DNA of 63,275 nucleotides, the filler included, from Rhabdomonas costata (lineage: Eukaryota), in the NCBI GenBank assembly GCA_019059605.1. It is 47 parts of 47 records of this genome, joined end to end, with 100 filler letters (N's around TTAATTAATTAA, not from the genome) between each part and the next. Parts side by side here need not be neighbours in the genome. Positions count along the whole stretch, not along the records: positions 24,271 to 25,519 come from JAHMHO010021958.1; positions 25,620 to 26,868 come from JAHMHO010021959.1; positions 26,969 to 28,217 come from JAHMHO010021960.1; positions 28,318 to 29,567 come from JAHMHO010021961.1; positions 29,668 to 30,916 come from JAHMHO010021962.1; positions 31,017 to 32,265 come from JAHMHO010021963.1; positions 32,366 to 33,614 come from JAHMHO010021964.1; positions 33,715 to 34,965 come from JAHMHO010021965.1; 39 more parts are not named here. One strand, 5' to 3'. Made by a program: the position numbers and the translations under genes. The notes under the pieces were generated by a model, which had not been told where the DNA came from, did not search any database, and was given only the letters and a program-made list of their open reading frames with translations. This document shows positions 25,281 through 37,886 of the stretch, in pieces. Every line of letters starts with the position of its first letter. Positions within the stretch are counted from its first letter, which is position 1.

Positions 25281-26332
25281 GTGAGTTATCGCCCCTCTCC
25301 TCTGCTGAGCATTGCATTCGTATGTAAGGAATTTAGTTTTCGGCATCTGTGGCTTGCTGTGCCATCCCCTCCCCCAAAGGACGGGGGGTTGGGTCGGACG
25401 TGAACTGATGTGGTGTCGTCTGCAAAGGTGATAATCCACAAAGGCAATTCAGATGTACCCAGAATCAGGGGCTATTGAATTGCCTTTGTGGATTATCACC
25501 TTTGCAGACAACACCACAANNNNNNNNNNNNNNNNNNNNNNNNNNNNNNNNNNNNNNNNNNNNTTAATTAATTAANNNNNNNNNNNNNNNNNNNNNNNNN
25601 NNNNNNNNNNNNNNNNNNNCCAGCTCAATAAGTTTGGCATGCTTCCCGATGGGACCCTTCAAAAGCAGGAACAAGGATGGAAGGGATGCATTCAAAAAAA
25701 GGCACGGCAGCATCCACAAGTTCTTGGTAGCGGCAGCTGGGTCTGGTAATGCAACGCAAGATGCAGAATAGTGTACGGAAGAATGAGTGTCGTGGAGGAT
25801 GGAGGAGGGGTCACCGAATTCCAGAAGACCACGAAAGCATACCGGATGCGGGAAGGACGATCATGCGTTTCTCTGGGAATTAACACAACTCCTTCACCTA
25901 CGTCACCTTTAACCAATTGGGAAAGTACTCGAACCAACACGAACATGAGCTGACCTCCGTGATTACCAGTGAAATTCCAATAGTTCCACAATTGTTCAGC
26001 GTCCAAAGTCCGGCACAGCAACCAAGAACAGTGGAGATTGGAAGAATTGAACAGAAAAAGAGAGGGTGACAGAGAAGGACAAAGTAATCACAGCTCTCCA
26101 GCAAAATAACCACCACAAATATACAAATTAAGCCATGGACACGTTTATTTCACCCTCCCAGGAAATGGTCAGCGATCGCATGATGGTACGTTTCGGTTCG
26201 GTCAAGTCTCGGGTGCAGGCCTTGCTCCTTGCTCCTATCTTGAGGGATCTCTCAATTCTTCCAAAGTCCTCGGCCAAGCTTTTTTATTGGGAAACGCTTA
26301 CACTCAAACAAATTGTTAAGGAAAGAGCGCAC

Positions 26333-26454
26333 CTTTCCCGTGGCGGGGTCAACCCCGTTGCACGGGGTGCCAAAGACCTGGACGACGATCTTTCCGGACT
26401 GCAAGTGCTTCAGCATCGAGTCGTCCACCTTCACGACATGCTTCTGCCTGAAGT
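26333..26454 (-). CDS. Exon of an unknown protein, possibly C2-like or kinesin tail
   Basis: cag|FRQKHVVKVDDSMLKHLQSGKIVVQVFGTP...|gtgcgc, with high GC3. Confidence 0.45.
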
Positions 26455-26616
26455 CTGGACAAACAAAAGCACCATCAGAAGCGTGGGAAACCAGCCACCA
26501 GCTGCCCGAGCGAGTCGAACACTCGGGAGATTTTCACAAGCACCGCGCAAGGCCCGAAAACAAGGTCCATTTTCCTCTACTATCTGACTAAACTCAAATA
26601 AAAGGATCCCAAAAGG

Positions 26617-26745
26617 CAAATGCTTCTACATCTTGTCCCCATTCCCCTCATGGGTCATTGTTGGGGACAAAGACTGCGCACATACAGTAGACCCATCTCA
26701 ACATTGACTTTTCGGGGGATTGGGGACAAGATGTAGAAGCATTTG
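26617..26745. repeat. 25-bp perfect inverted repeat with 79-nt spacer
   Basis: CAAATGCTTCTACATCTTGTCCCCA (26617-26641) and its exact reverse complement (26721-26745), with imperfect extension on both sides. Confidence 0.9.
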
Positions 26746-29199
26746 TCTTTTTGACATAAACCACCCCTGAAATTCCTTCTTGCACCCTGACCTTCCCTTG
26801 GTTGCTTGTGAAGTCTCCAATGCCCCCCAAAAGACTCAAAGTTGACTTAAAGCGACCAAAAAAAAACCNNNNNNNNNNNNNNNNNNNNNNNNNNNNNNNN
26901 NNNNNNNNNNNNTTAATTAATTAANNNNNNNNNNNNNNNNNNNNNNNNNNNNNNNNNNNNNNNNNNNNTCCACCATTCAGAACTGACCACATCATCCGCC
27001 AACCTCTCGCGACACAGTTTCATCTGGGACTCGGTGGTGCCTATGTGTTTGCGTGTGCCGTGGCGAAAGCGTCGTACGTGGGTACATAGCTCCTCCCTTC
27101 TTCGATGTGGATTCCAGCAGCGAGTTGAGCCGTTCCTCGCAGAATGATGTGAACATGAATTGGCAGCTATACCTTCAGCGCTGGGCTATTTATGTCATTC
27201 AGTTTCCGCTGTGGCGCCAAGAGGTCTTGGAAACGGTCCGATGCTTGGACCGCGGGTCACGATAATGGATGTGAATAACGGTTCTCATTGTTCACATCTG
27301 TGGTTGGGGAGTAGAGGAGCCACACCAAGCAGCCGTTAGTTGGGGTGTATTTTTGGGAATCCCTGTGGTGTGTGGGCGCTAGGAGAAACAGCTGCTCTCC
27401 TCTTCGGAGAAGGTGCTTTCGCAGTGGCTGAACAAGAGGGCCACAATGGGACCCTGCACTTCGTGTGACGAGGAGCTGATCCAGGCATGGCCCTCCCCTC
27501 TAGAATATATGATGCTCTCATAATGTGTGTGCATTGTTCAGGACATACGCCATTCACCCCTGGGAGGGCTGTGTATTAAAAGATTTTCAAAAGGTGTTCA
27601 AAGGTGTTCTTTGCGGGAAAAGGTTGTGCCTTACATGCTGGGTACGAGTGGTGTAATTTTTGGGGTGGGGGTCTGCCTTGCATTTGTAACGGTGTTTGCC
27701 GATGATGGATGATAGGGGTTCGACTCACTTGTTTTTTGTATGTGCACACCAAAATGGATAGCCTTTGTTCGGTGAGATTCTTACCCCCCCCCTCAGGCAA
27801 CGTTCCCGGCTCAGGAGCCCGCTCCGACCACTCCATGCCTACCCTCTCTCCCAAAACAAAACCGTTTTCAGCTGAACTAGTCCATTGGAAAGTTCCCAAG
27901 AAATTCATATCAGGTTCATATTTCTGGGTCGGTACTTTGGCACAGGTGGGGATCACCAACTCGACAGGGCGCAATGATAGGAACAACAAACATCAAAAAG
28001 TACACGAAGATCGAACTGGAAAGGAGGATAACAACGTCAATATTACAGAAGGAGGTACCAACGCAGTTATGGGGCAGACCTCAGCATAAAGGTGGGCAAG
28101 GGAGTCCACGTGAAGGTCGTATACTCAATTCAATTCAAACAACCCGTCGGACGTTGCTCGTCAAAGGCGGCTGCGCATCACCTGGGGCTGCTGAACCAGT
28201 TCAGCGTGGACGCCTTGNNNNNNNNNNNNNNNNNNNNNNNNNNNNNNNNNNNNNNNNNNNNTTAATTAATTAANNNNNNNNNNNNNNNNNNNNNNNNNNN
28301 NNNNNNNNNNNNNNNNNGTGTGTGGGGGAGCGAGTACCCGGGACGAGTAGTACTACTGGTACCTGGGTTCGCCTGTTTTTATAAATCGGTGCGTGATGAA
28401 AGCGTATGATTCCAGATGTCCCGGTAGATCCCAAGTATTAAACGTTAAATCAGCGGAACAGGAAAGAGATAGTCGAAATGAAAGACAGAACAAGCGTGGA
28501 AGAGAGAAAGGGGGAAGGAAAGGGGGGGGGGAAGTGAGTTCACTAATGCTCCCTTTTGTTCTCTTTTTTGTTCTCGACTCGCGTGCGTGCATTGTTTGAC
28601 GAAAGAGGGACGAAAGAGCAACCATAGAAAAAAGGAGCATGAAAACCGTTCACCTCCACAAAGAGGAATTGATTTAATTGTCTGTCGTCGTGTTTCCATT
28701 CGCGCGCGATTATGGGTCTCCTGCCATGCTTGCTGTCACTTTATCTCGCTGCTCTTTAATTTATGGTCCCCCTTTTGTATCGTTTTGTTGGCCGCGCGCT
28801 ACTCTGCTTTTATTTTGCTCTCTGCTGCTGAACACCTGCCGTTTCTCTGTATTTCGTTCTCTGTCAGCTGGCTATGCTATAAAAATGTCCGTGTTGTGTG
28901 AGAAAAAACATCGAACCACTGAGGAAGGGTGTCCATCTCAGGAAATTATTCAGGTACAGGAAGGGGAGGGAGGGAGGGGATGGGAGAAACCCGTACGAGA
29001 ACAGGGTCGGGCAAAAAGTTCTTCCATCTCGGAACTCTTTATGACTCTTTATGAGCTCATCGCAGTACTTCCTAGCAAGTATTTTTTGAAGAATTCTTCC
29101 AATAAATAAATGTGTGGCTGGTGTCATAACATCCGGAAGGTCCACGATAAGGAAAACCGAGAGGCAAAGGCAAAGGCAAAGGCAAAGGCAAATGCATGC

Positions 29200-29367
29200 C
29201 TCCACTGTCTTTTCAGCAAGTGGCCGCAGAGTGGCGTTCAGGACACAGGCGTTCTCTCTCTCCAGAAGGCCCAGCCCGGCCACGGCGTGGGACAGCGTGA
29301 CCCGAACCTTCCCGTCGGGGTGACCCAGCCGGGCTAGCTCCCTTCGCAGCAGCTGACCAGCCAGAAT
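29200..29367 (-). CDS. Hydantoinase/5-oxoprolinase family exon
   Basis: VTLSHAVAGLGLLERENACVLNATLRPLAEKTVE matches the family motif S..VG.LG.LERENA.ILNA.L. Confidence 0.85.
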
Positions 29368-29891
29368 CTGAGCCAAAGCCAAAGCCAAACCCGTAAGCTT
29401 TTTGCCGGCTTCCCGTGTCCTCTCAAAAGTTCTCAATGAAATGATCGGGGACAAAGGTCACAGCAAATCAATCAGAAATAATCAGAAAAGCAATAACACA
29501 GTTTTGTCTGCGGTGCATCTAGTGGGCACACCTTATGGTTACGGCTGGCGCAAGCTGGCACAAACACNNNNNNNNNNNNNNNNNNNNNNNNNNNNNNNNN
29601 NNNNNNNNNNNTTAATTAATTAANNNNNNNNNNNNNNNNNNNNNNNNNNNNNNNNNNNNNNNNNNNNTAAACAAGGACTTTTCAGTGCCTCAAAAAATGG
29701 ATGAAAGTTGACACCGTGAGACCAGCCTACTGGGAAAACCCGAATAACTCCAAACAACAGAAAACTCATGTTCACCCACAGGTTCGGAACCACAGGACCT
29801 GGAGTCAAGAGTCAGTGAAAGTACACCATGAACGAAGTTGCAGAAAAACCTGACGAATCATTGGGTTTGTAAGACACGTGTGCCACCATAC

Positions 29892-30803
29892 CAAGGTCTC
29901 CTCGGTTGACTTCGGGGCCCTCCAGGCCCCACGGGGTGACCACCGCATAAATGAGCCGGGGATACTTGGCGTGTAAGGTGTCATAGTCCTAAAAAAATCA
30001 CCAGAGTGGAAGAATAAAGGTTTTCGCAAAAGCAATCATTTTGGAGCTGAAGGTGACCTGGGCCACAGCTTGCTCCAAAGATAAAAGATAAAGCATTACC
30101 TATTCCTGATGAAAAAATTAGCGTTGACTTCACATGAGCCCACAGCACCCACAAGTACGCACACGACCCCAAGACCGAGTTGCTCCTCCGCACAGAAGTG
30201 GAGTTAGGTTTTTCATAAAAAAGCCCACACAATCATCCAAAGATTTCTTCGGGGCGATTCGACCATGTGCGACTTGCGGCGGAGGTGAAGGTGGGTTTCG
30301 CCAGAAAACTTCGCACGGGCATATAACGACGGAGAGACGAGGGAGGAGGGAGTGTCCACCATTGTCAACGTTTTCAGCTTGGACAGCGGAAGGCTGGTAA
30401 GGAAGACGTCTACACCCTCCAGCAGACGGTGCAGGTGGGCGTGGACCTCCTGTGCCCACCGCAGGGAGGAGGGGGTGGAAAACTCGCACATCCACCGCGA
30501 GGAAAGCCGGGTTCAGATGCGAATCGACCGGAGACGGAAAGCTCTTCCGCACAACCCAACCAATGCACCCTGACGTAACGACCAAGCGAAATCGACTTAC
30601 GAGAGTGGAATGTCACGAAACGTGGTCCTAAATTTCACTGTCGACCTCCCTGGGCAGCCAGCACGAGCTTTCTTTCAGGATGCTCATACAGAGCAAGCCG
30701 CACACTGGAGAGGAGGGGTGACGGAGGTAATCCACGATGACGCTGCGCTTGCCGCGATTCAAGTGGTTGAAGAAAACCGGGTCCCTGGGCCGCCAGAAGC
30801 TTC
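29892..30803 (-). CDS. CoA-transferase family III (CaiB/BaiF); exons 30803-30706, 30449-30360 and 29988-29892
   Basis: FFNHLNRGKRSVIVDY...|EVHAHLHRLLEGVDVFLTSL...|DYDTLHAKYPRLIYAVVTPWGLEGP contains the NRGKRS and DY..L...PRLIY motifs. GT-AG introns are in frame. Confidence 0.92.
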
Positions 30804-31249
30804 CTGCAATCCCACACCAACATCTCCCAATCGGCCTCTCAAGAAAGGGTCATGTGCAGATCCAGATAGGCAGTATCCAGATACAGGCCCTACTGGTACT
30901 TGACACCCCCCACACANNNNNNNNNNNNNNNNNNNNNNNNNNNNNNNNNNNNNNNNNNNNTTAATTAATTAANNNNNNNNNNNNNNNNNNNNNNNNNNNN
31001 NNNNNNNNNNNNNNNNATAAGAACGTTGAGCCCGACTTCTATCCTTGGTGCAAGTCTTTTGAAATCGGTAGTGAAGAAGGCCTTTGAAGCGTGCTGTGCT
31101 GAACCGTGCCATTATTTCCTGTCATCCTCAAAACGTGGTTTCTCGCTCATGGAAAATGGAGTGAAAGAGGGTTCTGAGAATGAGTGTGTGTAGACTGTGG
31201 GTATGTCCTTTCTGGCTCGATGACTGCTCCCGGGGGCCTTTTTCCTGAG

Positions 31250-32218
31250 GTTATGTGCCGAGTGGGCATGGCACTGGGCCAAGCCCACTATCGAGTCTGG
31301 CACAGCACGGCCACGGCAGGCCCCTTTGGTGCCGCCGCAGCAGTGGGGACCTTGCTTGGCCTCAGCCACGCTCAGTTGGTGGATGCCCTGGGAAACGCTG
31401 GTCTAGCCCCTCACATACCTCGCCTCTTGCTGTCTCTCTCGTATCCTTTCAGGTTTTTCGGCTGATGAAAGTCACTACAAAAGCGAAGAGCAAAGCACAA
31501 CAGGTTGCGACAGTCTGTCCGCGAAATAGAAGCAATGGTCCGCTTATCCTTTCTCACCTTGCTGAGTGGGTTGGGTTTCAGGCACGCAGTCCAGTGGGCT
31601 GTGGCAGTTCCTGGAGACCGGGGCGATGACGAAGTTCCTCCACGCTGGCCGTGCCGCAGAGGCGGGGCTGATGGCCGCGGAGCTTGCCCGGGCAGGGCTG
31701 ACTGGGCCTCCAGCCATCTTGGAAGGTCACTTCAGCCATGCCCCTAACTGTCAGTACACCAGTCCTTGGCAATCCGCCAATTTTGGCAGTTGGCAATGTT
31801 ATTCAGCACACAAACGAGCTTCTGCCCGACATGAAGCGGACGGCTTTTGAGAACATTGGTGGGGGTCGCTTCATTCTTTCACCTGCTCTGTTCGTTGCAC
31901 CCACTTTCTCTCCAAAAACCACTAGCTCCGGGAAGCTTCTCCCCCTTCGCCTCTCTTCCGGTGAAGCTTCGGCTACCTTTCCCGGATGTGTCTCCAGGGT
32001 CCAAGGGGATCTTTAAGGCGATGTGCCCAGATGCGCAGCCCGACCAGCTCCTGCAGGGTAGCGACTCGGAGCCCTGGCAGCTGGGGCTGACCTCCCTGAA
32101 GCCGTGGTCGTGCTGCAGGCACACCCACCCCGCGATCGACGCTGGAGTGGAGCTGCACGGCAGGCTCAGGGGCCAAGGCCTGGGCGTTCCCACCCAGATC
32201 GCTGTGGAAACATACCAG
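31250..32218 (+). CDS. MmgE/PrpD family protein (exons 31250-31400, 31582-31725 and 31998-32218)
   Basis: WHSTATAGPFGAAAA...ALGNA|GTQSSGLWQF...KFLHAGRAAEAG...GLTGPPAILE|G...KPWSCCRHTHPAID. Confidence 0.93.
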
Positions 32219-32365
32219 GCATGCCCCTGCCTACCTACTCCCTAGTCCCTCGCAGAAGCCCAAAANNNNNNNNNNNNNNNNNNNNNNNNNNNNNNNNNNN
32301 NNNNNNNNNTTAATTAATTAANNNNNNNNNNNNNNNNNNNNNNNNNNNNNNNNNNNNNNNNNNNN

Positions 32366-33586
32366 GGGTGGGTGTAAAGACTGCGCCGCAAGCTGTGTCG
32401 ATGAGGGAGAAGTGGGAGACGTGGGAGGAGGGTCCGCAGAACTGCCATTGGTACCACTGGTCCTTGGGATGGAAGAGCAGGGGGTGTCGTTAACCTTGGG
32501 AGGCTGCTCAGGATGAAGGTGCAGATCGGGCTGGGCGGGAGGCTGAGAGGTGGTGGGCTCATCACCACGACTTCTTCTGCCGATGCTAGAACCGGTACCG
32601 CTCAAAGGGAGCACAGGGTTTGTACGAGCAGGCTGCTGCTGCTGCTGCCGTGCCCACGGCCGAGCAGAAGTGTTTGAGGGCATCACTGAGGGACCAGCGG
32701 CAGTGCTGCTGCTGCTGCTGCTGGAGCTGCGCTCCTTCGCCTCTGACGCGTGATGCGCAGGAGGACGGGAGGATGACGCGGTGGTGACACCCCCAGTGGG
32801 GGTGGGGGTGGTGCGAGGCGTTGGCAGGTAAGTCGGCAGAGCGGCCAGCACTGCCTCAGCTGCCTGCCGGATCTCCGGCACGGAGGCGAAGCGGTCCACC
32901 ACGGCCGTCACGGCCTTACTTCCTGAGTAGCAACGACCGACGGACCAACCAACCAACCAACAAACATCGATTCCAACTGCCTGAGCTTTTTGGCCGAATA
33001 ATTTTTCAAGCTTCATGAACCTGAACTTGAACTTGAATTTTACGTTTTTTTAGGCTTCCAAAAAACATTCCCAGGATACACATTGTCCAGTGTTCAACGG
33101 CATGCCCGCACAAACGGGGTGCAAAAGTAGCAGCGGCACATAGCAAAGGGTTGGATGCACAGGATGAAAACGGAAACAACAATGCCGCTGCTGGCCACGA
33201 GACCACATTACGTTTCTTTTAATTCTGCCTGCCTGATATAAAATTCTAAAATAGAAGAATGACTTTTCTTCGATCCATCCATTCAATCGTCCAAGCCATG
33301 CGCGTGCCATGGGAAACCGACGCACCAACCCATCTGTCAGTCGCTGGCATGTGATTAATTGAACACATGAAAAAAATCAGAAAACCAGAAAACAGCCCCG
33401 TAGCCATCCACCCCACACTCAAAAACACTACACACATCCACACTCACACCCACCCACCTCCCAAGGCGGAAACCGTCGCCCGCACGCCTTCCTCGGCGCA
33501 CAGCCCGGCCAGCGCGCGGCAGGCGTTGCCCTGCAGCTCGGCGTCCTCCGGAAAGCTCCACATCCCGGACAGCACCAGCACAGCCC
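32366..33586 (-). CDS. ARM-repeat protein with low-complexity tail (exons 33586-33458 and 32922 to contig edge)
   Basis: VLSGMWSFPEDAELQGNACRALAGL is ARM-like and is followed by an S/T/P/Q-rich region. Confidence 0.65.
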
Positions 33587-36565
33587 CTGAGCACACCCCC
33601 AGAAACACAAAACCNNNNNNNNNNNNNNNNNNNNNNNNNNNNNNNNNNNNNNNNNNNNTTAATTAATTAANNNNNNNNNNNNNNNNNNNNNNNNNNNNNN
33701 NNNNNNNNNNNNNNTTGGGGTAACGGGAGCAAGAGTAAGCATCCTTGTTCGAGCAGGCGACTGTGGGGAAGCTTCGAATATAGCAGTCGTCAATGAGATA
33801 GCGACGAGGGGCGGAGGCCCCAGCAAAAGTGAGATGGTGTTCCCAAGAGTGAAATGTAGCTGGGGGAATGTCTGCAGAGGTCGGGGCTTCATTCCGCGGT
33901 AGTTCGGCCTCGGCGGTTGGCAGGAAGGAGGTTGGCCGCGGCTGAAGGTCCGGCTCAGACACCACAGGAGCGGACATAGGGAATAGGTAGCGCGGAGGAG
34001 TGAGGAAAAACAGAAAAACGATAAACCGGAGATATTTAGTGAGCTGCTTTCGAAAAGCAGAGACACCACAGTGCCTTTTGCACCCCTCTCCCCCCGCCCC
34101 CATCGGATCGCTCCCGGCCGTTCACAACTAAGGGTTTTCAGACACAAGGAATGGAACGCAATGGACTTCCGGAAATCAGTCACACTGCTGTCAAGAAAAG
34201 GAGAACACAAGCGGGATCATCGATGGCACCCTGGGGATTTCACTTTCTCCAGTAGGAAGAGCACGAACAAGGTGGATTTTTCCCACAAGCACACCTTCTT
34301 TCGATATCCTTCCTTTTGCTCTGGGGCTGCTCCCTGTCAACCTGGCACGCAAGCTCATTCAGCTTTTTTTCAGTCGATGACTCTACATTCTTAAATTCCA
34401 CCTGCAAATCAAATTCAAAACATCTGTTACCCCCAGAGTGAACCCACTCCATCGCCTTGGGAAACCACTCGCAGCAACAGTAAAAAAAAAACACAAAATG
34501 CCACCATTCCGCTGTGCTTAAATTCAGCTCGGGCAAGTTAAGGTGCCCAAGGACGCTTTGATGCTTTGAAGCCCTGCAAGGCAAGCTTGAGATAGATAAA
34601 TTGAATTGAGTCACGTGCAGCTGAGCACGGTGAGGAGATTTACATAGAGCTGGACAAGAAATTACCCCATAAAATCGGACACTGGTTGACATTGTGAGAA
34701 GAATGAGTGAGAAGAATCCCCAAAGGTTGACGAACCACTCTCAGAGCCAACCAACAGGGATGGATAGCCTTGCAAAAGCACATTTGACGCCATCCGCAAG
34801 GTTCAAGCTCGTGAGGAAGATCCGCAAAGCTCCCTTGCACGTATCGCTTTAGCCAGGATTACAAACAGGAAACTCGAAAGCGTCGGCCACAACGAGGCAC
34901 GTCCGCCAAACCCACCCCACCTGTGATATATGCTGTGCGCCATCCCGGGGCACACCACCAACAAANNNNNNNNNNNNNNNNNNNNNNNNNNNNNNNNNNN
35001 NNNNNNNNNTTAATTAATTAANNNNNNNNNNNNNNNNNNNNNNNNNNNNNNNNNNNNNNNNNNNNTTTCCGCCGTTAAGTTGGATGGTAAGGCAAATCCT
35101 GGATGATGGAATGGGAACGGGTTCAGGGGTTGTGAGTGGGCACCGCTAGGGCAGTGCTGGTGATTCACTTGAGATGTTATATGACTGAGAGGGTTTTGCT
35201 GTTTCTGGGGGTGGGGTGATTTTGGTTTTCAGGGTAGCAGCGGTCTACAGGCAGGTGAGCTCGTGTAGATGAGCAGCTGAGGCTGTGATGTGGGGGTGTT
35301 GCGGTGGCTTGATTCGAAGGGGATAGATTAGGTTATGTAGGGTGACTCAAAAGGCAGGAGGTGTTTTTTAGAAGGTTGTGTTGAGGGAGCAGCTTTCAGG
35401 ACTTGAGTTGGATGCAACCCAAATGCTCTCTCACAGAAAACGCTCGTTGCATAATGAAGGGATGTAAACGTCTCGCGTTTTCGCAAACAGGATTTCCGTG
35501 GCTTCTGAGGCGCGTTGTTCGTCTGCTGTATTTAGTTTTGTCCAAACCAACCTTGTACGGCTAACGCCAACTTTTTCTTCCAGGCGTTTTAAGTCGCTGG
35601 TTCTCACCCGTTTTGCACTCGACCTTTGGACCTTGCTGCTTAATTGTCGTTGACCAGGCTTTGCTTTGGTGGAGGTTACGGGAGTGGATGTTTGCAGGGA
35701 AAGCTTTGTATCGTTTAAAAAAGAACAGGTGGTGCGAGCCATGTTGTACTAGTTGTAAGTCGCTTTTCTGAATCATCACTCTTAAAGGTTGAAACAGGAT
35801 GTCAACAATGGCAGCGTCTGCGTCAAACTTTCATTTTTTTTGCGCGATTTTGGCGGCGATGCGTAACCGTTTCTATTTTCCTTTTCCTTTTCCTTTCGGG
35901 ACCACTGAGCAAACAAGCTGCAGCCGTGAGGGTTTGCTCCACGCAGTGTGCTCAATTCATCAAACACACGCACGCACGCACGCACGCGCGCCTCGTCTTG
36001 TGGCTATCAACAGGCGCATGCGCCACACTGGCCAGCCGGATGCGGGAGCAGGAGCGGAGTAGATTAGAGACGCAGAAGGAGTTACGAAGCAATTAATTGC
36101 CCCGAAAGCGAACACTAGATCAACAAATGGGATCAAATGCCCCCAAGAAATGTCAGAAAATCTCAAAAAACAAGTTTTCATCGCTAATCCCAACATGGAG
36201 AGAGTCCACATTCTCCACCGCAACGGGAGTAAGTTGTCGTTGTAAGTTGTAAGTTGCCGTTTGCTCTCCCCTTTTCAGAACTTCTGCTGTATAGCGACCG
36301 CTTGGACCCCCCNNNNNNNNNNNNNNNNNNNNNNNNNNNNNNNNNNNNNNNNNNNNTTAATTAATTAANNNNNNNNNNNNNNNNNNNNNNNNNNNNNNNN
36401 NNNNNNNNNNNNCCGTGATATTTTCAGTAATATCCTGCTGATGGCTGGTAATCCGAGGGACCTTACTTCTGTCGATGCACAGGTGACCCTAAATCTACTT
36501 GCAAGTATTGCCAATCTGTATCTGCATGCTAAGGTTATCCTTTCCTATCCCGATCTTTGAAAAAG

Positions 36566-37660
36566 GTCTCCAAGAAGGAGCTTATGGGCCACACTCTTAA
36601 AGTGGAGCCGGCCACCAGCATCAGCCGCACCTCCGAGCCCCGCGCGGTGGTGTTCTGTGGAAACCTCCCCTTGGGGGTGACAGAGGAACAGCTGCGGCCT
36701 TTGTTCAAGAAATACAAGACCTTGGATGAGATTCGCATCCACAACGCGGTGGGCGCCCTACCCTCCATTCCTCTCTGCTTACCACCCGCACACCGGTCCA
36801 GCTTCTTGCCCTTGGCCTGCCCATGTGATGCTTCCATCGTCATTCACTGAACTGATGTTGCAGTCATTTTATGCACCCCAATGACAATTACCCCACTGAA
36901 GACGACGCGCCTTGGATTCAAACTGCACCCCTGAAACCTTGGAGGCGGATTGTGGAGTTGGGATTCGAACCGGGATACTCCCCTCTTGATAGAATTTAAC
37001 CCCATTCCCATCTGCTCTCCCTGTTGGCGCTGCGCCGCCAGCTGTTGGTGAGATCAGGCCCGTTGCGGCTTTCCCTACCCGGTTTGATGTTGGGGTTACA
37101 GCTCGGGGGGTTTTGACCAGTGATGGGTGATGGTCTGCGCACGACTCGAAACACAGGCAATAAAAAGTTTGGGCGGAAAGGGGGTAACGGATGATCGCCA
37201 TCAACTGCAAATGGAACACGGCTGGAGTTCCTCCAACAAGTGATTGCTCAATGCAGTGGGAGGGAGGGGGTTTGGGACATCACCATTTTTCAAATGAGCA
37301 GTCTCAGCAAGGGCCTTCCTGGACAACACTGACACACAACCGCCGGTTGCCGCTGCCACAGATGGTCTCCGTCGAAGTGCAGTTCAGTGCCTCGGAGATG
37401 GCGAAGTACGCCTGCCTGATGCTCCACGGCACCGTGTTTCAGAGCAGCCCGCTCTCCGTGGAGCTGAAGAGGCTGGAGGAGTACACCCCGAAGCAGCTCG
37501 TCCTGCTTACCCAGGCACGGCCCGCGCAAGGGGCGATCCCCCCTGGCACCCCCGCAGCCACCGCGGCCTCGCTGCTGGCTGCTGCCGCCGCTGCGGAGAA
37601 GAAGAAGAGGAAGAAGGACAAGAAGGACAAGAAGAAAAAGAAGCACAGGAAGAGCCCCAA
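36566..37660 (+). CDS. RRM RNA-binding protein with lysine-rich tail (exons 36566-36748 and 37362 to contig edge)
   Basis: RNP2-like VFCGNLPLGVTEEQLRPLFKKY, then VQFSASEMAKYACLMLHGTVFQSSPLSVE and a KKKRKKDKK tail. Confidence 0.85.
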
Positions 37661-37886
37661 NNNNNNNNNNNNNNNNNNNNNNNNNNNNNNNNNNNNNNNN
37701 NNNNTTAATTAATTAANNNNNNNNNNNNNNNNNNNNNNNNNNNNNNNNNNNNNNNNNNNNGTTTGTGGGGATCCTGCACCAAGCACACGTTGTCTCGGGA
37801 TGTGAAATGCGCCCTCCCCAACCCTCAACCAACACCCAAAATCACACCAGCCTGCATTCCCTCCCCCTCACAAAACAGAGGCAAAC

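Noticed and set aside
25409-25518. 43-bp inverted repeat with a 24-nt loop at the contig end
   Set aside because: The outer arm ends at the contig edge and its only mismatch (C to T) falls in primer-like G/T sequence. This is typical of an amplification fold-back chimera, although a genomic hairpin cannot be excluded.
28318-32265. Apparent metabolic cluster (hydantoinase, CaiB and PrpD in neighbouring segments)
   Set aside because: They sit on separate contigs ordered by size, so adjacency carries no biological information.
36940-37010. B-box-like GGTTCGAATCCC on the minus strand (similar motifs near 38116 and 27717)
   Set aside because: No cloverleaf, acceptor stem or convincing A box, so not called as tRNA or SINE.
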